A stretch of DNA of 64,000 nucleotides from Opitutales bacterium (GTDB taxonomy: Bacteria > Verrucomicrobiota > Verrucomicrobiia > Opitutales > Opitutaceae): assembly GCA_038320495.1 (NCBI GenBank), contig JBBQEG010000001.1:11652-75651 (forward strand), given 5' to 3'. Below are positions 11,530-20,694 of this stretch, piece by piece. Position numbers and translations under genes: made by a program. The notes under the pieces are model-generated. The model was given only the letters and a program-made list of their open reading frames with translations. It did not search any database and was not told the DNA's origin. Positions within the stretch are counted from its first letter, which is position 1; the number at the start of each line of letters is the position of its first letter.

Positions 11530-12453
11530 TCACCTTCGACTTAGAAGATCCTTCGCATTATCGAGCAGCGCTTTCTCGGCCGGGGTGAGTGCACTCAGTC
11601 CCTCGCTGTTGATCTTGTCGAGGATGCGGTCGACCTCGGCTCGGATGTTTTCCTTTCCGGTCAAAACCGTCGGAGTGACATCGACCGGTGATTCGGCCGG
11701 GGGAACGACAAGGCTGGGTTTTCCGCCCCGCTTCATCCAACGCGGTAGTTCAATCTCATCGCCGCGACGCCGAAACGACCAAATGGACTCGTGCACGAAT
11801 CGGAAGTAGAAAAGCCCAGTGAGAATACCTCCGAGATGAGCGGAGCTCGACAGACTGATGTCGAACGGCAGCCCGGCCCCGGGGAGCTCGTAAAACATGA
11901 ACCCGAACGCGGCGATCCCCGCAAATGCCATCACAACATGTTTGGGTCGAAGGGTGACGGGAAAGATGAAAAAAAGCAAAAAGCTGAGTGGCTGCTTGGG
12001 GAGAAGGCAGGCGAAGACGGTGAAGAGCGCGGCTACTGCGGGCGTCGCGCCGATGTGAGATTCTCCTCCGCCAAACCGCCAGTGTGCTGCTGCCCAGAGG
12101 CTGCCACCTACCACCGTGGCGGAAACGACGACACCCAGGAAACGCCGTGATCCCAGCATGGGCAGGAGTTCGCGGCCCAGAAAATAGAGCGCGAAGACAT
12201 TGAAGATCCCGTGAATGATGAAACCGGTGCTGTGCAGGAAAACGTGCGTCACCAGCGTCCAGACCCAGCCGCGCTCCAAGGCGGGCACGGAAAGCGCGAG
12301 AAAATAGTCGGCGCTGCGGCCGGCGCTCACCCAGGATGACGACGTCACGAGCTGCACGGCGAATCCCGCGATGATCGCCGAGATGAGCCACGTCAGCACC
12401 GACGTCCTCTCCCGGGGGTAGTCATCGCGCAGGTAGGACCGATCGGAAGGCAT
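11530..12453 (-). CDS. Rhomboid-family intramembrane protein with short C-terminal helical domain
   Basis: THVFLH, HGIFN, AHLGG motifs and multiple TM helices; C-terminal EVDRILDKI motif. Confidence 0.85.
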   Translation of the reverse strand: MPSDRSYLRDDYPRERTSVLTWLISAIIAGFAVQLVTSSSWVSAGRSADYFLALSVPALERGWVWTLVTHVFLHSTGFIIHGIFNVFALYFLGRELLPMLGSRRFLGVVVSATVVGGSLWAAAHWRFGGGESHIGATPAVAALFTVFACLLPKQPLSFLLFFIFPVTLRPKHVVMAFAGIAAFGFMFYELPGAGLPFDISLSSSAHLGGILTGLFYFRFVHESIWSFRRRGDEIELPRWMKRGGKPSLVVPPAESPVDVTPTVLTGKENIRAEVDRILDKINSEGLSALTPAEKALLDNAKDLLSRR

Positions 12454-12603
12454 CGGCCGAACCGTAGTGGGCGGCCTTTCAAACACAAGCCGTCGCAAAG
12501 AAATCACTGCCGCTTTTTCGATCAACTCTACCCGGAGTCCATCGCAAACTTCGAGGCCGCTTGACAGTGCCTGTTTTTGACCCCCTTATCTCGTCGTCCA
12601 ACT

Positions 12604-12840
12604 ATGGCGAACAAGTCTGACAAATGGGGTCCTAATGTGCCGGGAAAATTCTACGTCGATCAGCAATGCATCGACTGCGACCTATGCCGGGAGACTGCCC
12701 CGTCATTTTTTACGCGCCACGACGAGGGAGGTTATTCCTACGTGTTCAAGCAACCGACCAGCGAGGACGAAATCGCTCAATGCATGGAAGCCCTTGAAGG
12801 CTGCCCGGTCGAGGCGATCGGCAACGACGGCGAGGAATAA
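12604..12840 (+). CDS. Ferredoxin
   Basis: CIDCDLC...CPVEAI; TTGACA upstream at 12561. Confidence 0.9.
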   Translation: MANKSDKWGPNVPGKFYVDQQCIDCDLCRETAPSFFTRHDEGGYSYVFKQPTSEDEIAQCMEALEGCPVEAIGNDGEE

Positions 12841-12890
12841 GGCTTCGCTCCGCTTGGGGAGCTGACCACACGTCGCCCGTTCAGTCTTAG

Positions 12891-12915
12891 AACCCGGCCC
12901 GCGCCGGGTTTTTTT
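12891..12915 (+). terminator. Intrinsic terminator after ferredoxin
   Basis: aacccggc/gccgggtt stem followed by T-tract. Confidence 0.85.
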
Positions 12916-13005
12916 GTAGCCTTTATCTCACCTTGTTAAGGTGAAGTTTGCGATGACCTAAACAGGGCTTGTTTTTCCTGCCGGCGGCGCCTACAGGTCC
13001 ACCGC

Positions 13006-14832
13006 ATGAATGCCGCCCTCCTCACTGCGCTTTTAATTATCCCTGCCTTGGCACTCGCGCAGGCCCCGGTGACTCTGCCTGCGGTCGCCGTGCACTCTCC
13101 GCGGGTCGCCAATCAGACTCCGGGCGCAACGTTTGCCATGCCAGTCTCTGCCTTGCGCTTCGAGCCGCTGGTTGATATTCAACCGCGGAATCTCGCGGAA
13201 GGGCAGGCCGATATCACGGTGCGCGGTGGAATCTTTGAAAATACAGGATTCCAGATTGGCGCCGTTACGGTCGGAGATCCGCAAACTGGTCACTATTTTG
13301 CGGAGTTACCCGTGGCTCCGATGATGCTCGGAGCGCCAGAGATCGTTACGGGTGCCGATCTCACCTTCGGAGCGACCAATGCAAGCGTCGGCACCATCCG
13401 CCAAGGCTGGCGTCCGGTGCGGACCGCCGGTTTCCTTTCGCTCGGCCTTGGCGAGAACCGCTTGCGCCGGGGAGATATTTATCAGGGTTACGCGCGCTCC
13501 TTGGACGATCACACTCAGATTGGTGCCGATGTCTCGATTGCGCATTCACAGTCGGACGGCTCGGTGCCTTACGGCGAACATCGCTTCGATCGGATTAACG
13601 GCCGGATTCAACTCACCCGAGGACGTGCGCAAACCGATCTGTTCGCCGGGTATCAGGCCAAGTTCTTCGGTTGGCCCAATCTCTACACTCCGTTCAATTC
13701 CAACGAAACCGAGAACCTCCAAACGTCGCTGTTCGTGCTGAATCACCGGGTGACGCTGGAAATGGGAGATTTCCTCGAAGCCGGCCTTTATCATCGGCGA
13801 AACAAGGACGATTATGCCTTCAACCGTTTTGCTCCGGTCGGCCCGGTTCATCCGTTTCAGCATACGACATGGGTCACCGGTGGGGCTGTGACGGGCCGGC
13901 AGACGATCGGCGTCCTCGCGTTTAACTATCGCGCCGAACATCTGGTCGACAAACTCGAGTCCACTTCGCTGCTCTTCGGGCGTTTCAACTCGCGCCGGTT
14001 CACCAAGCTGGCGCTCGTCCCCGAGATCACTTGGGGCGCGTCGGCCGGTGGCCAAGCGACCGCTCGCGCGGGTATTGCGTTTGATGATACCAACCGTGAT
14101 CCCTCGGCCATTTCGCCGGTGCTCGAACTCGTGCGCGTGTTCCCGTCCGGCCGCCTGCGGCGGGTGCACGCGAGTTTCGTTGAAACCTCGCAGGTGGCAA
14201 CCTACACCGCTCTGAACTCGAGTGCGAAGGCGGGTCTCTTTCGTGGTAACCCGAATCTCGGCCGGCAAACGTCTCGCAATCTCGAGTTGGGCCTCGGTGG
14301 GCAGTGGGCCGGTTGGACCGGGAGCGCCGCGGTTTTCTTTCGCCGCGATCGAGCGTTGGTGGATTGGACGTTTCGTCGCGGCGTCACGGCGCGCACGGCC
14401 AATGCGGTGGATATCGAGGTGGGTGGCTTTGAACTCGTCGCCCACCGGAGCGGGAGAACGGTCGATTTAACCTTGGGCTATACCGGATTGACGAAGGATG
14501 CCGATTACCGCGTCGCCACGGTCGACGCCAGTTTCTACGCGTTGAATTATGCGCGCCATCGGTTCACGGCGGCGGTGACGGCGCGGCTGGGGCATGGGTT
14601 CGAAGTGCGGCTCGATAATGTCGCGCGTTTCCAAGCGTCCAATCTGCTGCGCACCAGCGGTGGCGACGAAGCTTTGAGCAGTACCGCGGGGCTGGCGTAT
14701 CGCCCGCGGGCCTGGCGGGGACTTGAAGTCGCCGTGCAAGTGGAAAATCTTTGGGACACGGATTTCCAAGACGTCCCAGCGGTGCCGGCCGCCCGTCGCC
14801 AGACGTCGTTTCGACTCACGTATGGCTGGTGA
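13006..14832 (+). CDS. TonB-dependent receptor
   Basis: Signal peptide, plug-like ITVRGG..DPQTGH, beta-strand pattern, VENLWD, terminal aromatic W. Confidence 0.85.
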   Translation: MNAALLTALLIIPALALAQAPVTLPAVAVHSPRVANQTPGATFAMPVSALRFEPLVDIQPRNLAEGQADITVRGGIFENTGFQIGAVTVGDPQTGHYFAELPVAPMMLGAPEIVTGADLTFGATNASVGTIRQGWRPVRTAGFLSLGLGENRLRRGDIYQGYARSLDDHTQIGADVSIAHSQSDGSVPYGEHRFDRINGRIQLTRGRAQTDLFAGYQAKFFGWPNLYTPFNSNETENLQTSLFVLNHRVTLEMGDFLEAGLYHRRNKDDYAFNRFAPVGPVHPFQHTTWVTGGAVTGRQTIGVLAFNYRAEHLVDKLESTSLLFGRFNSRRFTKLALVPEITWGASAGGQATARAGIAFDDTNRDPSAISPVLELVRVFPSGRLRRVHASFVETSQVATYTALNSSAKAGLFRGNPNLGRQTSRNLELGLGGQWAGWTGSAAVFFRRDRALVDWTFRRGVTARTANAVDIEVGGFELVAHRSGRTVDLTLGYTGLTKDADYRVATVDASFYALNYARHRFTAAVTARLGHGFEVRLDNVARFQASNLLRTSGGDEALSSTAGLAYRPRAWRGLEVAVQVENLWDTDFQDVPAVPAARRQTSFRLTYGW

Positions 14833-14883
14833 TCCCGATTTTGCCATTTGACTTTGTCCGCGCTCAGAAGTTGTTGCGCGCCC

Positions 14884-16977
14884 ATGTCTGCCAACCCGTA
14901 CCTAGACCCCACCTTTCAGATTCGCTGGTCAGCGTTGACGCCGGAGCTGATTTGCCCGGCGATCGAAACCGCACTTTCGCGCGCGCAAGCGGCAATCGCG
15001 GAGATTGCGAGTGGGGATATTGGCAACGTTACCTTTGAGAACACCTTTCTGGCGCTTGAGCGCGCGACGGAAGAGCTGAACGTCACGTGGGGAAAAGTGA
15101 CACATCTCCAGTCGGTGGCCGATTCGCCGGAACTCCGGGAAGCGCACAACGCCATGCTCCCGAAAGTGTCCGCATTCTATGCGAGCATTCCGCTGAACGC
15201 GCCGGTGTGGGCCCGGTTGAAGGCCTTTGCCGAAAGTCCCGCGGCGGCGGCATTGGAGGGGATTCACCGTCGGTTTTTTGGAGAGACGCTCAAGGACTTT
15301 CGCCACGCGGGGGCGGATCTTCCGGCGGAGCCGCGAGCCCGGCTGGAAGTGTTGCAAACCGAACTCGCGCAACTTACGCAGAAGTATTCGGAGAATGTCC
15401 TTGATGCGACAAACGGGTGGCAGCTGGTGGTGGAGGACGAGAAGAGGCTCGCGGGTCTTCCCCCGCATGCGAAAGCTGCGGCACGGCGCGGCGCGGAATC
15501 CAAGGGCCTGAGCGGCTGGCGGTTCACGCTCCACATGCCGTCGCAGGAGCCGTTCATGACGTATGTCGACGATGAGGCGTTGAGGCAGGAAATGTGGACC
15601 ACCGCCGCCCAACTCGGCGCGCTGCCGCCTCATGATAACACGCCGTTGATTGGGCGCATCCTCCAGCTCCGCGCCGAAAAGGCCGCCTTGCTCGGAAAGC
15701 GGCACTTTGCCGATCTCGTGCTTGAGCGCCGGATGGCGAAATCAGGGGAACGCGCGCTCGCGTTCATGGAAGACATGCAAGCGCGGGCCGCGGGTGCGTT
15801 TGCCCGGGAGACGCGGGAGCTGGAGGAGTTTAAGGCGCAGCAAACAGGCAAACCCGTGAGCCGACTCGCACCGTGGGAGCTGGCGTTCTGGGCGGAAAAG
15901 CTGCGCAAGATGCGCTACAACTTCGAGGAGGAAGCCTTGCGGCCGTACCTTCCAATGAACCGCGTGATCGCCGGGCTGTATGAACTGGTCGGGCGGGTTT
16001 TCGGGCTTAAGGTCGTGGAACGCCACGCACCGGTAAAGGGTCAGGACGTGCCCGACGCGGTCGAGACGTGGCATCCGGAAGTGAAGTTCTATGACCTCTA
16101 CGATCGGCAGGACCGGCACGTCGGCTCGTTCTATGCCGACTGGCATCCGCGCGAATCCAAACGCGGCGGCGCCTGGATGAACTATTTGATCACGGGCGGA
16201 CCCACGCCACGTGGCGGGCGCGCCCCGCATCTCGGGCTAATTTGCGGCAACATGACCCCGCCCGAATCGGCGAGTGCGGACGCGAAGCCGGCGCTGCTGA
16301 CGCATCGCGAAGTGGAGACCATTTTCCACGAGTTTGGTCACCTGCTGCATCACTTGCTCGGCGAAGTGGAAATCAAATCGTTGAACGGAGTAAACGTAGC
16401 ATGGGATTTTGTGGAGCTGCCTTCGCAGATCATGGAGAATTGGACGTGGGAGCGGGAGAGTCTGGATCTGTTTGCGCGCCACCATGAGACCGGCGCACCG
16501 ATTCCGGAGGAGATCTTCAATAAGATGGTCGAAGCCAAAAATTTCCGTTCGGCTTCCGTGACCATGCGCCAAGTCGCGTTCGCCCGGATGGATCTCCTGC
16601 TTCACATGCGCACGGAGGAATTCTTGGGGGAAGCGGACGTGGAGCCGAAGGTGCGTGCGCTGATCGCGGATTGTTTGATTCCGACGGAGCCGCCAGCGCC
16701 GACGATCGTAAAGCGTTTCACGCATGTGTTCTCCGATCCGGTCGGCTATGCCGCGGGTTATTACTCCTATAAATGGGCGGAGGTGCTCGATGCCGATGCC
16801 TTCACCCGATTCAAACAGGAAGGACTGTTTAGCTCGCAGGTCGGATCCGAGTTCGTGGAACACGTTTTGAGTCGGGGAAATTCCGAGGATCCCGCGGAAC
16901 TGTTCCGGGCGTTTATGGGTCGTGATCCAGACCTGAACGCGCTCCTTCAGCGCAGCGGCCTGGTGCCAGCCGCATGA
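14884..16977 (+). CDS. prlC: M3 family oligopeptidase A
   Basis: KRGGAWM, FHEFGHLLH, WDFVELPSQIMENW, YAAGYYSYKWAEVL. Confidence 0.92.
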   Translation: MSANPYLDPTFQIRWSALTPELICPAIETALSRAQAAIAEIASGDIGNVTFENTFLALERATEELNVTWGKVTHLQSVADSPELREAHNAMLPKVSAFYASIPLNAPVWARLKAFAESPAAAALEGIHRRFFGETLKDFRHAGADLPAEPRARLEVLQTELAQLTQKYSENVLDATNGWQLVVEDEKRLAGLPPHAKAAARRGAESKGLSGWRFTLHMPSQEPFMTYVDDEALRQEMWTTAAQLGALPPHDNTPLIGRILQLRAEKAALLGKRHFADLVLERRMAKSGERALAFMEDMQARAAGAFARETRELEEFKAQQTGKPVSRLAPWELAFWAEKLRKMRYNFEEEALRPYLPMNRVIAGLYELVGRVFGLKVVERHAPVKGQDVPDAVETWHPEVKFYDLYDRQDRHVGSFYADWHPRESKRGGAWMNYLITGGPTPRGGRAPHLGLICGNMTPPESASADAKPALLTHREVETIFHEFGHLLHHLLGEVEIKSLNGVNVAWDFVELPSQIMENWTWERESLDLFARHHETGAPIPEEIFNKMVEAKNFRSASVTMRQVAFARMDLLLHMRTEEFLGEADVEPKVRALIADCLIPTEPPAPTIVKRFTHVFSDPVGYAAGYYSYKWAEVLDADAFTRFKQEGLFSSQVGSEFVEHVLSRGNSEDPAELFRAFMGRDPDLNALLQRSGLVPAA

Positions 16978-17007
16978 AGATGCGCGGGCGGTTTCCAGAA
17001 TCGCCAC

Positions 17008-20000
17008 ATGCGTCGTAGACTCCTCTTCCTCCTGCTCGGCCTCGCTGCAGGACTGCTGGTGATCATTGCAACCCTGCCTTGGTGGCTTGGGGTTGCGGCG
17101 AAATCCATCGCGCCCGGACGCGGCTTCACTTTCGCGAGTTACGAACGCATCGGTTATGGTCGCTTCGCACTAAACCAAGTGGAGTACCAGCGAGAGCGAG
17201 TGCGGGTGACTGCGTCGCGCGTCGAAGCGGATTCTCCGGTTCTCTTCCTGTTACGGCGCTGGCGTGACCGACCCAATCCTATTCACGTGGCGGATTGGCA
17301 GGTTCATGTCGCTCCAGCCACGGGTCCGGCGAAACCGTCCACCTCGGATCGCGGGTGGACACCGCTGAACCGGTTGTTGCAACGCATTGCCGGACACCTT
17401 GATTCCTGGGCGCCCCACGTCACGGCCCAAGCCGGATTTGTGCGCTGGCCCGGCGGGGAAATCGGGACGGAACGGGCAACGTGGAAATCGCGCGAACTCA
17501 CGGTGGGCGCGCTGCGCTATCGCGATCTGGCCGCGGATGCGTCGCTCGCGTTTGGGTCCGGGGTTGATGCCCTGAAGCTGCGCGCCCGATCGCTCGACGG
17601 AACGATGAGCCTCGCGCTCGAAAGTGACGGCCCGCAGGTCAAAGGAAATGGGGCGTGGTTGGAGCAGCCGGCAAGCATCGAGGCGCGCTTCGGTGCGACC
17701 GGCTGGCTGCCGGCCGAGGCCGCGCTGAATGCGGTCGAATGGAACGTTCCCGGTGATCGATTAAAACTGGAGGTCTTTTATCAACGGGTGCGCGGATCAG
17801 CGCGGATCGAATGGCGGGACCAGAAATTAGCGGCCGACGTCAACGTCGTCAGTGAACCGATTCCGGATAAGCCTGCGCCGCCGCTGACCATTGATCTCCG
17901 CGGTCAAGGCGATTGGACTGCGTTTACGATCGAGGCGCTGCAGATCATATTACCCGGCATTGGCGCCCGGCTGAGTGAGCCGGTGACGGTCGAAAGAAAC
18001 GGAGTTCTGCGCGGCGAAGGCGCGCGGCTCGCCTTGCGGGCAGACCTCGGCGGGCAGCCGTGGTTTGCGGCGGAAGGCATCGTAACTGGCGAAGCGAGGG
18101 TGACGTCGGGAGCGGCGGCCGTGCCGCTTGTGACGTTCGCGGTGCAGGCGACAGACTTTCAGGCGTTCGCGATGAAACTGGCCGGGGCCGAGGTGAACGG
18201 CACGCTGGAATGGCCGCGATTGCAGATTTCAAAGGGCGTAATCCGTGGCCAGGAAGGGGAGACCCTCGACCTGCGCGGCGGTTGGGACTTCACGGCTAAG
18301 GAGCTGTTGGCGGCGAGGATCGACGGAACGATTCACCGCGAGTCACTCGCGCGTTGGCTTCCATCGCAGCCTGCGTTTGGTCCCGTGCAGGTGAGTATGC
18401 GTGCGGCAGGACCGCTGGCGGCTTTGGAGCATTCCGGCGAACTGCGGGCGGACGCCGTGACGTTCGCCGCCCTGAATCCACTTTCTTTGGCCCTGATTTG
18501 GAAAGGGTGGGGAATCGGAGCTGAGACGTTTGACCTGAAAGCGAGCACCGGGGGAACAGTGATCAGCGCGGGCGGTGCGGTGGACCGGGCGGCGCTGCGT
18601 CTGCGCGGGCTGGAGTTTTCACAGGACGGCCAGTCTCGTTTTGCTTTGGCGGAACCGGTGGTGGTGCGGTGGTCCTCGGGTTTGCAGTGGGATAATCTGC
18701 GATTCACGGGACCCCAGGCCAACTTTACGGCATCGATCGCCCTTGGGAATTCGGGGAAAGTGGAAGTGGCGGCTGGCGGGCTTTCATCCCTCTGGTTCAC
18801 CGATCTTTTTGCCAATTCGGTGCCGGCTTTGCAGCTCCGCTTGCTGGCGCTCACCGGGACGTGGGATGGCGGACCCATGACGTTTTCGTTGACCGCAGGG
18901 GTGTCGTTGGATTTGGCGGAAGGACGAACAGCGGCGGTTAACATGGCGGCGCGTGGAGACAAAGACGGGATTCGGATTGAAGCCCTGCGGGCGATTGAAG
19001 GCAGCGACACGGTCGTCAATGCAACCGGGCGTTTGCCGGTCACCGTTTACCCCGGATCGCCGGCCTTGCTCCACATCGATGAAATGGGCCCGGTGGTACT
19101 CGATGCGATGGCGGCACCGAATGCGGCGTTTTGGCAGAAGCTTGCCGTTCTGAGCGGAGTCGAACTCAAGGAACCGCAAGCGCTCGCCAAGGTGAAAGGC
19201 ACGTGGCGTTTGCCGGAGGGGCAGGTGACGTTGCAAGCGGCGCGCCTTTCGATCGATCCCAAGCGTTTCGCCCGGCCGTTGCCCGCGATCGAGCGGATTG
19301 ATGTGTCGATTACGGGCGACCGCCAGGGGGTGAAGCTCGATCGTTTCTCGATTAACGTGGAAGGTCAGCCGGTGCGAGCCACCGGACGCTTGCCCGTGCC
19401 GGAGGACGGCTGGGAGGACGTGATCAAAAGCCCGTGGTCGGCGGCGACGCGCGGCGCGGATCTGCAGGTCGACGTACCCGAGGCAGAGGTGGCGGTGTTT
19501 TCCCGTTTCCTACCGGCCGTGCTGGCCCCGCAAGGCAAATTTCAAGCGACGCTCACTTACAAGGACGGCGGCATTAATGGTTTTGTCCGGCTCCGGGACG
19601 CGGCGTCGCGTCCGCTGGGTCCGCTCGGAGTTCTCCAGGAGATCACCGCGGATCTCGAGTTGTCGGGTCGCACGATGCTGCTCCGCAGCGTGAGTGCACT
19701 CAGTGGCGGACAACCGGTCACGTTGAGTGGAACGGTCGAGCTGCCGGAAAAAGGTGAGCCGCGCTACAATCTGGCGCTGAAAGGGGACAATCTGCCATTT
19801 GTGCGCCAGACCGGGTTGCTCGTACGCGGCGATTTGGATTTCAAACTGCAGACGGTGGGTGCGGCAGCTCCGCGACTCAGTGGCACCGTGAAACTGCGCG
19901 ACAGCTTGTTTCTCTCCGACCTGCGTTCCTTTCTGCCGCGTGGAGGAGGCGGAGCGACCCGCCGACCGCCGTATTTTTCAGTGGATACACCGCCCGTGAA

Positions 20001-20694
20001 CGCGTGGACTTTGGCGGTGGAAGTAACTGGCGATGAATTCATGCGGCTGCGCACACCGGTGTTTAACGGCCTGGCGTCCGCCCGCTTCCGGCTCAGCGGC
20101 ACGCTCGAGGAACCCCGGGCAATTGGAGAAGTGGAAATCGACGAAGGCGCGGTGCGAATGCCGTTCGCGCGGTTCGAAGTCCAGCAAGGTTCAGTGCGGC
20201 TGACAGAAGCCGACCCGTACGAGCCGACGCTCTATTTGCGCGGCACCGGCCGGCGTTATGGCTACGACCTTACGGTTGAACTCGATGGCCGGGCCTCGGC
20301 ACCCAACGTCGTTTTCACTTCGAGCCCGGCGTTGGATTCGGAGCAAGTGCTGTTGATGGTGATGACCGGCGCGGCGCCAAGTAACGATATTGCTGTCACC
20401 GGCACCCAGCGCATGACGCGCCTGGGAACGTTCGTGGGGCAGAATCTCCTGAACAGTTTCACCTCCGACAGTGCCGATGCCGATCGCTTGAGCATCACAG
20501 CCGGAGAGAAGATTTCCCGGCAAGGCCGGGAGACGTACGATATTGAATATAAAGTCAGCGATCGCTGGAGTGTCCGCGGTGAGTATAACGAATTTGATGA
20601 ATACAACGCCGGCTTGAAATGGCGGGTATTCCGCGGTGAGGGACGACCGCGGGATGGGGACAATCCGGAAAACCATGCTGACGCTGGAAAGTGA
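17008..20694 (+). CDS. tamB: Translocation/assembly module TamB-like protein
   Basis: N-terminal anchor, long beta-rich body, C-terminal DUF490-like region; overlaps Omp85 gene. Confidence 0.8.
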   Translation: MRRRLLFLLLGLAAGLLVIIATLPWWLGVAAKSIAPGRGFTFASYERIGYGRFALNQVEYQRERVRVTASRVEADSPVLFLLRRWRDRPNPIHVADWQVHVAPATGPAKPSTSDRGWTPLNRLLQRIAGHLDSWAPHVTAQAGFVRWPGGEIGTERATWKSRELTVGALRYRDLAADASLAFGSGVDALKLRARSLDGTMSLALESDGPQVKGNGAWLEQPASIEARFGATGWLPAEAALNAVEWNVPGDRLKLEVFYQRVRGSARIEWRDQKLAADVNVVSEPIPDKPAPPLTIDLRGQGDWTAFTIEALQIILPGIGARLSEPVTVERNGVLRGEGARLALRADLGGQPWFAAEGIVTGEARVTSGAAAVPLVTFAVQATDFQAFAMKLAGAEVNGTLEWPRLQISKGVIRGQEGETLDLRGGWDFTAKELLAARIDGTIHRESLARWLPSQPAFGPVQVSMRAAGPLAALEHSGELRADAVTFAALNPLSLALIWKGWGIGAETFDLKASTGGTVISAGGAVDRAALRLRGLEFSQDGQSRFALAEPVVVRWSSGLQWDNLRFTGPQANFTASIALGNSGKVEVAAGGLSSLWFTDLFANSVPALQLRLLALTGTWDGGPMTFSLTAGVSLDLAEGRTAAVNMAARGDKDGIRIEALRAIEGSDTVVNATGRLPVTVYPGSPALLHIDEMGPVVLDAMAAPNAAFWQKLAVLSGVELKEPQALAKVKGTWRLPEGQVTLQAARLSIDPKRFARPLPAIERIDVSITGDRQGVKLDRFSINVEGQPVRATGRLPVPEDGWEDVIKSPWSAATRGADLQVDVPEAEVAVFSRFLPAVLAPQGKFQATLTYKDGGINGFVRLRDAASRPLGPLGVLQEITADLELSGRTMLLRSVSALSGGQPVTLSGTVELPEKGEPRYNLALKGDNLPFVRQTGLLVRGDLDFKLQTVGAAAPRLSGTVKLRDSLFLSDLRSFLPRGGGGATRRPPYFSVDTPPVNAWTLAVEVTGDEFMRLRTPVFNGLASARFRLSGTLEEPRAIGEVEIDEGAVRMPFARFEVQQGSVRLTEADPYEPTLYLRGTGRRYGYDLTVELDGRASAPNVVFTSSPALDSEQVLLMVMTGAAPSNDIAVTGTQRMTRLGTFVGQNLLNSFTSDSADADRLSITAGEKISRQGRETYDIEYKVSDRWSVRGEYNEFDEYNAGLKWRVFRGEGRPRDGDNPENHADAGK

